DNA of 64,000 bases from an uncultured delta proteobacterium (GCA_963816145.1 CAWFJP010000003.1:352001-416000), one strand, 5' to 3'. Positions 19,625-29,818 are shown, counted from the stretch's first letter. The notes: generated from the sequence alone by a model not told the origin. Program-made: numbers and translations.

Positions 19625-20422
19625 ATGTCTGACGACACCCTTTGTTACTGGAAACACGACATCGAACCGAACGACGCCTTCCCCTGCTACGACGGCAAGA
19701 GCAGGGTGTGCAGCAGTTGCTGCGTCGAGCGTTGCCCCAAGGAAACTCCGATGTGGTTCGCCGCCTGCGCCCGCGCCGGCCATCCGACGTGGCCGAGCGT
19801 CGACCGCGGCCGGCGCGTGCCGTCGAAGCTGGTGGTTTTGGAATCCTACTGGGACAGCCGCTTGTTTCAGACCATGACGGTCAAGGGCTTCTTCGAATCC
19901 ATGGGACCGCTGCTCGATCCGCCGCTCCAGCTCGCCCACCGCTTCGTCGAGTCGCAGCGTGGATTGGCCCATTACACCGCGGCTCCCGACGGCCTGCTCT
20001 GGCGTGATGCCGGCGCCGCCGACGCGCCGATCTGCTACCTCGCCTTTCACGGCGCGCCGAGCCAAGTGATTTCAGTATTGGATTCCATCGGCGAGCAGGA
20101 GCTGTGCGACGCTTTCAAAGGCTTCGGCGTCAAACCAAGCCTTGTCTATTTCGCCGCCTGCAGCGTTCTGCGCGATCAAAAGGGCAAGCAGTTCGCCAGA
20201 AAGTTTCTCGAGGCGTCCGGCTGCCGCGCGGTGCTTGGCTACACCACCGATGTCAATTGGATGCTCAGCCTGGTCACCGACATGCTTTTTCTGCACCGCT
20301 TCTACCGCGACGAGGACCCATGGAGAAACTTGCGCAAAATCTACGAATCGGTGCTGAACGATTTCAAACCTACCGGCGAGATCGGCTGGACGCTGATCGA
20401 GAACAAGCTCAAATCCGGCTGA
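19625..20422 (+). CDS. Cys-rich N-terminal domain fused to DUF6642/CHAT (caspase)-like domain
   Basis: Cys/His-rich N-terminus; VVLESYW, YLAFHG, YFAACS, VLGYTTDVNW. Confidence 0.65.
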   Translation: MSDDTLCYWKHDIEPNDAFPCYDGKSRVCSSCCVERCPKETPMWFAACARAGHPTWPSVDRGRRVPSKLVVLESYWDSRLFQTMTVKGFFESMGPLLDPPLQLAHRFVESQRGLAHYTAAPDGLLWRDAGAADAPICYLAFHGAPSQVISVLDSIGEQELCDAFKGFGVKPSLVYFAACSVLRDQKGKQFARKFLEASGCRAVLGYTTDVNWMLSLVTDMLFLHRFYRDEDPWRNLRKIYESVLNDFKPTGEIGWTLIENKLKSG

Positions 20423-20467
20423 TACAGCGCCGCGCGGGTCAGCTTTATGAAGTGGTTCAGTTAGACC

Positions 20468-20537
20468 GGGATCTCTCACTTCGTTCGAGATGACAAATCG
20501 ACGATATTGCTGCCATTTCGAGCGTAGCGAGAAATCG
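20468..20537. repeat. REP-like element (GATCTCTCACTTCGTTCGAGATGAC / CATTTCGAGCGTAGCGAGAAATC)
   Basis: Related copies at 56621-56647 and 62904-62961. Confidence 0.65.
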
Positions 20538-20688
20538 TTCTTGGCTCGAAGACTTGTTTCCGACGCCAACTGAAACCCGACCCAGCTTTAAGAAGCCCCG
20601 ATAACTTGCTAGAAATAGTCATAAGTCGCAGTTTTTAGAACTGCAACCTTCTACTACACAAAATCACGATCGCAAGGACTGAATCACC

Positions 20689-21792
20689 ATGCTGAGAGCT
20701 GGAATCGTCGGTCTGCCCAACGTCGGCAAGTCGACTCTATTTAACGCCATCACCCGCACCCGCAAGGCCGAGGCGGCGAACTATCCCTTTTGCACCATCG
20801 ACCCCAACGTCGGCATGGTTACCGTCCCTGATGCGCGGCTCCAAGTCTTGCAGCAGATGGTCAAGACCAACGTGGTCATTCCGGCGGTGATTGAGTTCGT
20901 CGATATCGCCGGTCTGGTCAAGGGCGCGAGCCAAGGTGAGGGACTGGGCAATAAGTTTCTCACCCATATCCGCGAAGTCGATGCCATCGTTCAGGTGGTG
21001 CGCTGTTTCGAAGACCCCGATGTGCACCATGTCTCCGGCAGTATCGATCCGGTGCGCGACATCGAGGTCATCAACACCGAGCTCATGCTCGCTGATCTTG
21101 AAACGGTGAAAAAACGCCGCGAGCGCATCGCCAAAGAGATCAAACGCGGCGACAAGAGCGCCGCCGCCGAAGACGCGCTCTTGATGAAAATCGAAACCGC
21201 CCTCGACGCCGGCAAACCCGCCCTCACCGTCGACTTCACGCCCGAAGAACACGCGCTGTCCGCCCAGTTTTTCCTGCTCTCCGACAAACGCACCATCTTT
21301 GCCTGCAACGTCAAGGAGTCCGACCTCGCCACCGCCGATCAAAATCCCTACGTCCTAAAAGTGCGCGAGTATGTCAAGACCCATCTGGCTTGCGAAGCGG
21401 TCGTCATCAGCGCCCAGATCGAGAGCGATCTCGTCGATCTCGAACCAGCCGAAGCCGAAACGTTTCTCAAAGAGCTTGGCGTGCAAGAGAGCGGCATCGG
21501 CGCGCTGATCCGCGCAACCTATCATCTGCTCGGCTTGCGAACCTTTCTCACCGCCGGCGAAAAAGAAGTGCGCGCGTGGACCATTCATGCCGGCGACACC
21601 GCTCCCAAAGCCGCCGGCGTCATCCACTCCGACTTTGAACGCGGCTTCATCAAAGCCGAGACCGTCGCCTACGACGATCTGGTCAAATGCGGCTCCGTCG
21701 CCGCCGCCCGCGCCAAGGGGCTCTACCGCATGGAAGGCAAAGAATACGTCGTCGCCGATGGCGACGTGATGCTGTTCAAGTTCAACGTCTAG
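20689..21792 (+). CDS. ychF: Redox-regulated ATPase YchF
   Basis: [48 protein letters not shown] domain. Confidence 0.98.
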   Translation: MLRAGIVGLPNVGKSTLFNAITRTRKAEAANYPFCTIDPNVGMVTVPDARLQVLQQMVKTNVVIPAVIEFVDIAGLVKGASQGEGLGNKFLTHIREVDAIVQVVRCFEDPDVHHVSGSIDPVRDIEVINTELMLADLETVKKRRERIAKEIKRGDKSAAAEDALLMKIETALDAGKPALTVDFTPEEHALSAQFFLLSDKRTIFACNVKESDLATADQNPYVLKVREYVKTHLACEAVVISAQIESDLVDLEPAEAETFLKELGVQESGIGALIRATYHLLGLRTFLTAGEKEVRAWTIHAGDTAPKAAGVIHSDFERGFIKAETVAYDDLVKCGSVAAARAKGLYRMEGKEYVVADGDVMLFKFNV

Positions 21793-21819
21793 TTGAGTTA
21801 GCAGATTCGGAAATTTCAT

Positions 21820-21896
21820 CGCAGAGGCGCAGAGGACACGGAGTAGCACGTTTCATTGGGAACATTTCTGAACTCTGCGTTCTCAGCGTCTCTGCG
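21820..21896. repeat. Palindrome of ~9-mer tandem units (CGCAGAGGCGCAGAGGACACGGAG / CTCTGCGTTCTCAGCGTCTCTGCG)
   Basis: Inverted arms immediately downstream of ychF. Confidence 0.7.
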
Positions 21897-22013
21897 TTGG
21901 CAACCTTTTCTAGCCGGAAAGTTAATCTTCACGCCATTCTCGCCCTTCGCTCTAGCTGTAGGTTATAGTATTCTCGATCGAACGTCGGACCCCGCCTAAC
22001 GAGGAGGACCAGC

Positions 22014-23729
22014 ATGTCGAGTGATTTTCAAATAACCGGAACTAACACGGCCGCCCTGTTTACCCTCAAGATCCACCGCGGCGACGGTATGGCACTGCTG
22101 GCAATGAACTGGAAAAAAGGCCAGCCGCCCAGAGATTTTGTCGGCTTCGCCATCGAATATAAAGAACCCGGCGGCAGTAAGTTCTTCGCCTTAAAGAATC
22201 GCTTGAGCTTTGCCAAGGCCAGCGGCGCGGTCGATCCGAACATCCTGTCGACCTTGCGATCACCGATCCAGAAATTTCGCTGGGTCCATTTTCCCCGCAA
22301 TGCCGAGCTCGACGGCGATTTTACCTACCGTGTCGCGCCGGTGTTCATGAATGACCATGACGAGCTCAGTTCTGGTGATACGCAAGAAGTTGCCATCGAA
22401 CTGAGGCGCGACACTTACCCCGGCAAACTCAACGTCGCGTTCACGCGCGGTTTCGTCTCGTCGCAGGCGTTTGTCGATCGATACGAATCCGTCGCGCCAA
22501 TCTCGACCTTGATCCCTGACGATGCCGATAAAGGTTTATCGTTTATCCCGACGCACCCCAAGGCAAACGAAGCGTTGGCGTGGATGGGCTTTGAGGCGCG
22601 CCACGCTATCCTTGAAGTGCTTGACCAAGCGATCGCCGATAAAAAAGCCCAGGTCAGAGCGATCGCTTACGATCTCAGCGAGCCCGACGTCGTCTCACGC
22701 CTTGAGCAGCTCGGATCCCGGCTAAAGATCCTCATCGACGACAGCGGCGACCATGGCGACGCCGGGTCGGGCGAAACCCAATCGGCGCAGCGCCTGTCGG
22801 CCTCAGCCGGACCGGCCAACGTGAAGCGCCAACATATGGGCCAACTGCAACACAACAAGACCATCGTGGTCGACGGGCCAAAGTTGAAAACCGCCGTCTG
22901 CGGCTCGACCAATTACACATGGCGCGGCTTCTTCGTTCAAGCCAACAACGCGGTCATCCTGCGCGGTAGGAATGCCATTAAACCCTTCCTTTCGGCATTC
23001 GACGATTATTGGAATAATCAAACCGCCGGCAAATTTGGTAACACTATTTCCGCGGCGTGGACGAGTCTTGGTTTAGATGGCATCAGTGCGAAGGCTACGT
23101 TCTCGCCGCACTCCGCGGCAAACGCTATCCTGCAATCGATTGCCGACGACATCGGCACCAAAACAAACTCGTGCTTGTTCTACTCCCTGGCCTTCCTGTA
23201 CCAGACACCCGGAGTCATGTTGGATGCGATAAAGAAAGTCTCCGACGATAACAAGTTGTTTGTCTATGGCATTTCCGACAGAAAAGTCGGCGGCATCGAC
23301 TTGCAAAAGCCCGACGGCAATGTGTCGCCGGTTTTTCCTTCGGCGCTGGGGAAAAAACTCCCTGAGCCTTTCAAATCCGAGCCCGTCGGCGGCAGCGGCA
23401 ACCGCATGCATCACAAGTTTTTGGTCGTCGATTTCAACAAACCGACCGCCCGCGTCTATCTGGGCTCGTACAATTTCTCCGCCACGGCGGACACCAAGAA
23501 CGGCGAGAACCTCCTGCTCGTTCGCAACCGCCGGATCGCGGTCTCCTACATGATCGAAGCCTTGCGCCTGGTCGATCACTATCACTTTCGGGTAGCACAG
23601 CAGGAAGCCAAGACCGCCAAAACCAAGCTGCAGCTTGCCAAACCACCGCGCCTGCCGGGAGAAGCGCCCTGGTGGTCCGAGTATTATTCAAATGCGATAA
23701 AGATTCGTGACCGGGTTCTATTTGCGTAG
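22014..23729 (+). CDS. Phospholipase D-like protein with two HKD motifs
   Basis: HNKTIVVD...GSTN and HHKFLVVD...GSYN; GAGGAGG RBS; no signal peptide. Confidence 0.88.
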   Translation: MSSDFQITGTNTAALFTLKIHRGDGMALLAMNWKKGQPPRDFVGFAIEYKEPGGSKFFALKNRLSFAKASGAVDPNILSTLRSPIQKFRWVHFPRNAELDGDFTYRVAPVFMNDHDELSSGDTQEVAIELRRDTYPGKLNVAFTRGFVSSQAFVDRYESVAPISTLIPDDADKGLSFIPTHPKANEALAWMGFEARHAILEVLDQAIADKKAQVRAIAYDLSEPDVVSRLEQLGSRLKILIDDSGDHGDAGSGETQSAQRLSASAGPANVKRQHMGQLQHNKTIVVDGPKLKTAVCGSTNYTWRGFFVQANNAVILRGRNAIKPFLSAFDDYWNNQTAGKFGNTISAAWTSLGLDGISAKATFSPHSAANAILQSIADDIGTKTNSCLFYSLAFLYQTPGVMLDAIKKVSDDNKLFVYGISDRKVGGIDLQKPDGNVSPVFPSALGKKLPEPFKSEPVGGSGNRMHHKFLVVDFNKPTARVYLGSYNFSATADTKNGENLLLVRNRRIAVSYMIEALRLVDHYHFRVAQQEAKTAKTKLQLAKPPRLPGEAPWWSEYYSNAIKIRDRVLFA

Positions 23730-23790
23730 AGCTGCTGCGAAAGAGCCTGTCAAAGTACTTCGAGACCTCCGCCTGATGTCCGGCTTCCCG

Positions 23791-23851
23791 AATATAAAAG
23801 CAAGAAGCGGAGTGCAACGCACCCGAGTGGTTGTTAATTTGGCGTCATAAT
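23791..23851 (+). promoter_or_regulatory. Ada box and -10 element upstream of ada
   Basis: AAT-N6-GCAA at 23791-23803 matches the A-box/B-box consensus of E. coli Ada; CATAAT at 23846. Confidence 0.6.
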
Positions 23852-23870
23852 TACTGAGAGAGGAACGCCA

Positions 23871-24950
23871 ATGAATCCAACTACTGACGATACACGTCAT
23901 AGAGCCGTCACAAAGATTGACCCACGCTGGTCGCTTCTGGCTACTCGCGATCCGGCGGCCGACGGACAATTCTTTTACTCCGTGAAATCCACCGGCGTTT
24001 ATTGCCGCCCTTCTTGCGCCGCACGGCTGCCGCGACCGGAGAACGTCCAGTTCCATGCGACTTGTGCCGATGCCGAGCAAGCCGGATTTCGTCCATGCAA
24101 GCGCTGCAAGCCGAGACAGTCATCCGTAAGCGCACAGCATGCGACAAAGATCGCTGCAGTGTGCCGGCTCATCGAAACCTCCGAGGAGCTGCCTAGTCTC
24201 GCAGAGATGGCAAAACACGCCGGACTAAGTGCCTATCACTTCCATCGCCTTTTTAAGTCGACCACGGGTGTAACACCGAAAGCCTATGGCGCGGCGAAAC
24301 GCGCAGCACGGGTTCGCGAAGAACTGAAGCGCAGCGGTTCCGTGACCGAAGCGATCTATAGCGCCGGCTACAACTCCAACGGTAGATTCTACGAAGACGC
24401 GGATCGGGTTTTGGGTATGACACCGACAAATTTTCGCGCTGGCGGCGCTGACACTAAAATTTGTTTCGCCGTCGGCGAGTGCTCGCTTGGAGCGGTCCTG
24501 GTTGCGGCGAGCGATCGCGGCGTGTGTGCGATTTTTTTGGCTGACGAACCAGAGACGCTCGTCCGCGAGCTGCAAGACCTCTTTCCGCGCGCCCAGCTAA
24601 TCGGCGGCGATGCCGAGTTTGAGGCGTCGGTTGCTAAATTAATCGGTTACGTTGACAACCCGGCGCGCGGCCTCGATCTGCCGCTCGACGTCCGTGGCAC
24701 CGCATTTCAACTGCGGGTTTGGCAAGCGCTACGGGAAATACCTGCAGGGTCGACGGCAAGCTACACGGAAGTAGCCAAGCGAATCGGTGCTCCCAAGTCC
24801 GCCCGGGCCGTGGCCCGCGCCTGCGCCGCTAACGTTCTGGCGATCGCCATCCCTTGTCACCGCGTGGTTCGCACCGACGGCAGCTGTTCCGGTTACCGTT
24901 GGGGTATCGAGCGCAAGCGGGCACTGCTCAAGAAAGAGTCTCAGGCGTAA
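23871..24950 (+). CDS. ada: Bifunctional transcriptional activator / O6-methylguanine-DNA methyltransferase Ada
   Basis: YCRPSC, RPCKRC, AraC HTH, IPCHRV. Confidence 0.96.
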   Translation: MNPTTDDTRHRAVTKIDPRWSLLATRDPAADGQFFYSVKSTGVYCRPSCAARLPRPENVQFHATCADAEQAGFRPCKRCKPRQSSVSAQHATKIAAVCRLIETSEELPSLAEMAKHAGLSAYHFHRLFKSTTGVTPKAYGAAKRAARVREELKRSGSVTEAIYSAGYNSNGRFYEDADRVLGMTPTNFRAGGADTKICFAVGECSLGAVLVAASDRGVCAIFLADEPETLVRELQDLFPRAQLIGGDAEFEASVAKLIGYVDNPARGLDLPLDVRGTAFQLRVWQALREIPAGSTASYTEVAKRIGAPKSARAVARACAANVLAIAIPCHRVVRTDGSCSGYRWGIERKRALLKKESQA

Positions 24951-24976
24951 GGAATGCTCTCACAAGACAGCATTGG

Positions 24977-26110
24977 CTATTTCGCCTCTTTCACCTTCAC
25001 AATCTGCTTGAGCAGATCGAACATCGGCGTCATGTCGGCGTACTTGGGATCGGAAACGTCGAAATATTTCCGCCCCGGCGTCATGCGCATCGACGATGCG
25101 AGCATGTCCTTGGGAATATCGAGGCGCCGTGAGTTCGGGGCATCTTCGCCGTAGAGATCCGGATATTTTTGCAAGGCGAGCTGCCCGCGCCGGGAAAGAA
25201 ACCAATTCACGAACACTTTGGCAGCATTGGGGTTTGGCGCGCCCTTGATAAAACTTATCGAGCCGCCGCCGGAGGTGACATTGAAGCCTTCTTTCCACTC
25301 GACTTGGTCCAGTTCATCGACCGGCAAGCCCTGCTGCTTGGCTCGGTTGGTATCGCGGCAACCGACGCATAGCGCGAACCGTCCTTGCGCCAACCAGTCG
25401 GTGATTTGTCTTCGATCGCGGCCGAAAGTGGGCTGCATTTCGCCGAATAATTTTTTGAGAAACTCAGGACCGAGCTCGGGCTGATAGTAGTAATGTTGCA
25501 GCGATGCGCCCAATCCGGTGCCCAACGGGTCTTGAGAGACGATCTTGCCTTTCCACTTGGGCGCGACCAAATCCCAGTAGGATTTGAACTCCTTGGGGTT
25601 TACCAGATTAGTGTTGTAATAAAATCCCGATGAGGTCGGATTGGCAATATAGACCAACACGTGGCGCTGCTCAGCGTCGGTAAAACGTATTCGCCCCTCG
25701 TACCACTTGCTCTCGTCGAGCACTTCCGGCAGGACCAGAAGCGACTTGATCGAGTCGAGAGCCTTTCCTTCGTAGAGGACTTCGTAGTTGGTATTTGCGC
25801 CGCCGCTGAACAGATCGGCAACCACGTGTCCGGCACGGATTTCGGTAATGATCCGGGTTCCCAGTGAATTGCCCGCGCCATTGACGGTAACGAGCTTGAT
25901 CTCGGGGAACTCTTTGCGGAATTCGTTGAGCAGCGGTTCGCTGCCGTAGCGGCCGACATAAAAATTCAGCCTGCCCTCTTTTTTGGCCGCGGCCACGGTC
26001 TGCTCCCAATTCGCCTGCCAGGCCGGCTTGGCATCGGCGGCGTTGCCTACCGACCTTGAACCAAGAACAATGAGGGCTAAGAGAGCAATTCGAATATGGG
26101 TCATGGTCAT
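24977..26110 (-). CDS. Extracellular solute-binding protein (Fe/thiamine/polyamine type)
   Basis: WEQTVAAAKKEG, YNTNLV, PKWKGKI, APNPNAAKVFVNWFLS. Confidence 0.88.
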   Translation of the reverse strand: MTMTHIRIALLALIVLGSRSVGNAADAKPAWQANWEQTVAAAKKEGRLNFYVGRYGSEPLLNEFRKEFPEIKLVTVNGAGNSLGTRIITEIRAGHVVADLFSGGANTNYEVLYEGKALDSIKSLLVLPEVLDESKWYEGRIRFTDAEQRHVLVYIANPTSSGFYYNTNLVNPKEFKSYWDLVAPKWKGKIVSQDPLGTGLGASLQHYYYQPELGPEFLKKLFGEMQPTFGRDRRQITDWLAQGRFALCVGCRDTNRAKQQGLPVDELDQVEWKEGFNVTSGGGSISFIKGAPNPNAAKVFVNWFLSRRGQLALQKYPDLYGEDAPNSRRLDIPKDMLASSMRMTPGRKYFDVSDPKYADMTPMFDLLKQIVKVKEAK

Positions 26111-27252
26111 TTTCCTTCACGCCCCTTCATAAATTCCTTAACCAATTGAAAAATTGGCGTCATGTCGGAATGCTTGGCATCGGAGAAGTCGAAGTAACGA
26201 CGTCCTTCGACCAGCCGGCTGGGTGTCGGTAGCATATCTTTGGGAATGTCGATGCGCCGCGAATTGGGCGGGTCTTCGCCGTAAAGATCTTCGTACCTCT
26301 GCAGCGCGATTTGGCCGCGCCGCGAAAGGAACCAATTGATGAAGACCTTGGCAGCGTTTGGATGCGGCCCGCCCTTGATCAGACCCAGAGAACCGCCGCC
26401 GGAGGAAATATGCGCGCCTTCCTTCCAATCGACCATATCCAGATCGTCCACCGGTAATCCCTGTTTGTTGGCCTTTTCGGAATCGCGACAACCCAGGCAC
26501 AGAGAAAACTTCCCTTGGGCGAGCCAGTCGGTCATCTGCCGGCGGTCTTTCGAATAGACCACTTGCTGCTCGACGAACAGTTTGCGAAGAAATTCCGGAC
26601 CGAGATCGGGATTGTAGTAGAAAAACTGCAGCGACGGTCCGATACCGGTGCCGGTGGGCTCTTGCGAGACGAATTTGCCTTTCCACTTGGGCTGGACCAG
26701 GTCCCAGTAGGATTTGAATTCGTTGGGATTGACCAGGTTGGTATTGAAATAGAGACTCGCCGAGGTCGGATTGGCGATGTAGATGAAAACATATTGCTGT
26801 TCGGGGTCGTTGTAGCGATGCTAGCCGCCATACCACTTGGACTCGTCAAGCGCTTCAGGCAGGACCAAGGCTGACTTGATCGAATCAAGCACCTTGCCTT
26901 TGTAGAGAAACTCGAAGTTGGTCACCGCCCCGCCGCTGTAAAGATCCGCCACCATACTGCCCGAGCGCGCCTCCGCGACGATGCGCGTGCCCAGCGAATT
27001 GCCGGCGCCGTTGGTTGTAATCAGTTTGATCTCGGGAAACTCCTTGCGAAATTCGTTGAGCAACTTCTCGCTGCCATAGCGACCGACATAAAAATTCAGC
27101 CTGCCTTCTTTTTTGGCCGCGGCCACGGTTTTATCCCATTGCGCTTGCCAGTTAGAGCGGTTATCCGCCGCATTGAGGGACAGCGCTGAACTGAGCCATG
27201 ATAGGATTACCAACAGGATCACGAAGCCTAACCGCATATTGAACCGCGCCAT
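26107..27252 (-). pseudogene. Solute-binding protein paralogue interrupted by a single in-frame TAG
   Basis: ORFs 26821-27252 and 26107-26562 share a frame; WYGG*HRYNDPEQQYVFIYIANPTS aligns with neighbour WYEGRIRFTDAEQRHVLVYIANPTS. Confidence 0.85.
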
Positions 27253-27265
27253 TCGCTTGCCCGCC

Positions 27266-28492
27266 CTATTTCTTCGCCGGAAGCACTTCGTCGAGCAATT
27301 TATAGAGCGGCGTCAAATCCTTGGTGTCGGGCTCATCGGTATCGAAATAGGACATTTTGTCGCGCCGCGCTTGACTTGAGGGGATATGATCCTTGGGCAC
27401 GTCGATGCGCCGCGAATTGCGCGCGTCGCCGGGTATGCTGACGATTTTCTGAAACAGCGCCTGGCCATCGCGCGACAATAGCCAATTGATGAACACCTTG
27501 GCTGCGTTGGGATGGGGCGCCCGGTTCATCAGAGCCAACGAACCAAACGCCGACGACAAGTTCACGCCTTCCTTGAAATGATTGGGCTCGAACTCTTCCA
27601 CCGGCAGCCCCTGATTCTTCGCCCTATGAATCTGCCCTCCCTGGATCGGCAAGATCACACTGAACTTGCCCGCGCCCAGCCAATCCACCGATTGGCGCAG
27701 ATCGCCGCTCATGGTCACGTCCATCTCGCTGAAAAAGCGCCGCAAGAACTTTGGCCCCAGCTCCGGACTGTAATAGAGAAATTGCCAGGGAATTCCCGCG
27801 CCGCGCACACGCCGAATATCGCTGGAGAGGATTTTGCCTTTTAGTTTTGGGTTAAACAAATCCCAGTAGCTCTTGTACTCGCGCGGATCGATGAGCTGCG
27901 TGTTATAGGCAGCGCCCGCGCCTGCCGAGACATTGCCCTCGTAAACGAAGACAAATTCCCCCTCCTTGTCGGAGAACTTAAGTTTGCCTTCCCACCATTT
28001 GCTAGTGTCCAACACTTCGGGAAGGATCAACGCCGGCTTGATCGGGTCGAGCATCTTGCCCAAATAGAGGGCTTGGTAAAGCGAGACGCCGCCGCCGTTG
28101 TAGACGTCGAGCAAATACTTGCCGGCCCGACGCTCGGCGACAATGCGCTGGGTAATATCCGTACCGGCGCCGGTGATGTAATTGACCTTGATCTTCGGGT
28201 AAGCCTTCTGAAAAGCTCCGGACTCGATGACCGCGCCGTAGCCTCCGATGGAAACGTTGACCTGCCCCTCCTGCTCCGCCGCCCGGACGGTGCGCTCCCA
28301 CTCGGCCTGCCACTTCGCCGCCTCACCGGCTTCCGCCGCAACCGAAGTCAACAACGCTACCACCACCCAAAGCCATTTTGGATTTTGGATTTTAGATTTT
28401 GGATTGGGGATACGAGAGCTGGTCGTCGCAAGACCGCTAGGGACTTTTATCCGATAACCCAAAATCCAAAATCTAAAATCCAAAATCGCCAC
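27266..28492 (-). CDS. Extracellular solute-binding protein with repeat-derived N-terminal extension
   Basis: Same family as the two downstream genes; GTG 28492 with GGAGG RBS 6 nt upstream. Confidence 0.85.
   Translation of the reverse strand: MAILDFRFWILGYRIKVPSGLATTSSRIPNPKSKIQNPKWLWVVVALLTSVAAEAGEAAKWQAEWERTVRAAEQEGQVNVSIGGYGAVIESGAFQKAYPKIKVNYITGAGTDITQRIVAERRAGKYLLDVYNGGGVSLYQALYLGKMLDPIKPALILPEVLDTSKWWEGKLKFSDKEGEFVFVYEGNVSAGAGAAYNTQLIDPREYKSYWDLFNPKLKGKILSSDIRRVRGAGIPWQFLYYSPELGPKFLRRFFSEMDVTMSGDLRQSVDWLGAGKFSVILPIQGGQIHRAKNQGLPVEEFEPNHFKEGVNLSSAFGSLALMNRAPHPNAAKVFINWLLSRDGQALFQKIVSIPGDARNSRRIDVPKDHIPSSQARRDKMSYFDTDEPDTKDLTPLYKLLDEVLPAKK
28376..28487. repeat. Heptamer palindrome (TTTTGGA TTTTGGA TTTTAGA TTTTGGA ... 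AATCCAA AATCTAA AATCCAA)
   Basis: Inverted tandem heptamer arms; a single arm recurs at 32084-32114. Confidence 0.85.
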
Positions 28493-28509
28493 TTTGGTCC
28501 TCCGCTGCG

Positions 28510-29631
28510 TCAATTGCGAATGTCCTGCAACAACCAATCCGTCGGAAATTCTCGCCCAAGCCCCTTCTTCTTGATCAGCTCTAAAGTCGCGCCGCCGACC
28601 GAGGCGAACTGAATGCCTTGTATCTGATTGCCGCCCATGCCGAGGATCGCTTCGCCATCTCGAGGGCCGTCGCCACCATCAAAAACCGCTTTGAAGCTCA
28701 CCACCTTGCGCCGGTCGAAGGCGCCCTCGCGGGCGATTTCCGGTATGCGCGCCAGATCTTCCGGTTGGCCCGCTACGTAGGCGCGATGGGTGCCCGAGAT
28801 TTTCTGCGCCTTGCTCACATTCATCGACTTGGCTTCTTCGCCAATGCTAGCGGGCGCGAAGGTATAAAACGCGCGGATTCGCTCCGCCGACGATTTATCC
28901 AGCTCCACGGAACCTTTCACGGTCGTCACAAAGGCACCGGCGGCGAGATCGCGGCCAGGAATGACCGGGATCGTCGAATCGGTGCAGGCTGCGACGATCT
29001 GCGCGCCTTTAACCGCCGCCTGCGCCGAATCCATCGGCACCACGTCGATGTTCAAACGCCGGCCAAGTTTTCCCGCAAAAGCGTCGCGATTCTTTTTGGT
29101 CGGGCTGTAGACTTGAACGCGCTTGATCCGCCGAACTGCGGCAAATGCCAACCCATGGGTCCAGGCCATGCCGCCGGAGCCGAGCATGGCGACGGTATCG
29201 GCGTCTTCAATCGCCAGATATTTCGCCGCCAGCCCCGCCGTGGCGCCGACGCGCATATGCTGCAAATGGCCGTCGTTCATCACAGCTAGGGGTTCGCCGT
29301 TGGCCGTGTTGAAGAGCAGGATCAGGCCGCAGAACAATCCCGGCTTCTGGCAATATTTTTCCTGGGTCTTGGCGCCATCGCCATGGTCGGTCCAATAGGC
29401 GATGTCGGACTTGATCCGGGTGGCAAACACGCCATAGCGCCGGCTCGTGCCTTCCATCGATCCCCACTGATAGTAGCCGCGCGGATCGGCGCAGGGCGCC
29501 CAGACGTCGATGCGCGGCCGGCAAACGGCATCGCCGCGATAATATTCTCTAACCCCTCCCTCGATGGCATCGATACAGGTCTTCATATCGAGCACCTGCT
29601 CGATGTCTTGGTTGCTGATCAGGAGAGCCAT
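28510..29631 (-). CDS. Ornithine cyclodeaminase / mu-crystallin family protein
   Basis: NGEPLAVMNDGHLQHMRVGA, LGSGGMA, VYSPT, AACTDS. Confidence 0.88.
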   Translation of the reverse strand: MALLISNQDIEQVLDMKTCIDAIEGGVREYYRGDAVCRPRIDVWAPCADPRGYYQWGSMEGTSRRYGVFATRIKSDIAYWTDHGDGAKTQEKYCQKPGLFCGLILLFNTANGEPLAVMNDGHLQHMRVGATAGLAAKYLAIEDADTVAMLGSGGMAWTHGLAFAAVRRIKRVQVYSPTKKNRDAFAGKLGRRLNIDVVPMDSAQAAVKGAQIVAACTDSTIPVIPGRDLAAGAFVTTVKGSVELDKSSAERIRAFYTFAPASIGEEAKSMNVSKAQKISGTHRAYVAGQPEDLARIPEIAREGAFDRRKVVSFKAVFDGGDGPRDGEAILGMGGNQIQGIQFASVGGATLELIKKKGLGREFPTDWLLQDIRN

Positions 29632-29694
29632 GAGTTACTTAGAACTTTCCGGCGTACTAAGCCGACATGGGGGCTCGACGCCAAAGATTTTTTT

Positions 29695-29766
29695 CACCAC
29701 GAAGGACACGAAGGTTTCCGATAATCAAGATTCCGAACTTCGTGCTCTTCGTGTCCTTCGTGGTGA
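29695..29766. repeat. 9-mer palindrome (CACCACGAAGGACACGAAG / CTTCGTGCTCTTCGTGTCCTTCGTGGTG)
   Basis: Near-identical copy at 57737-57814. Confidence 0.85.
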
Positions 29767-29818
29767 AGATCTCTTTTGCAAACTCCGCTGCGACCGAATT
29801 GGACTGCTACGCTTACTG

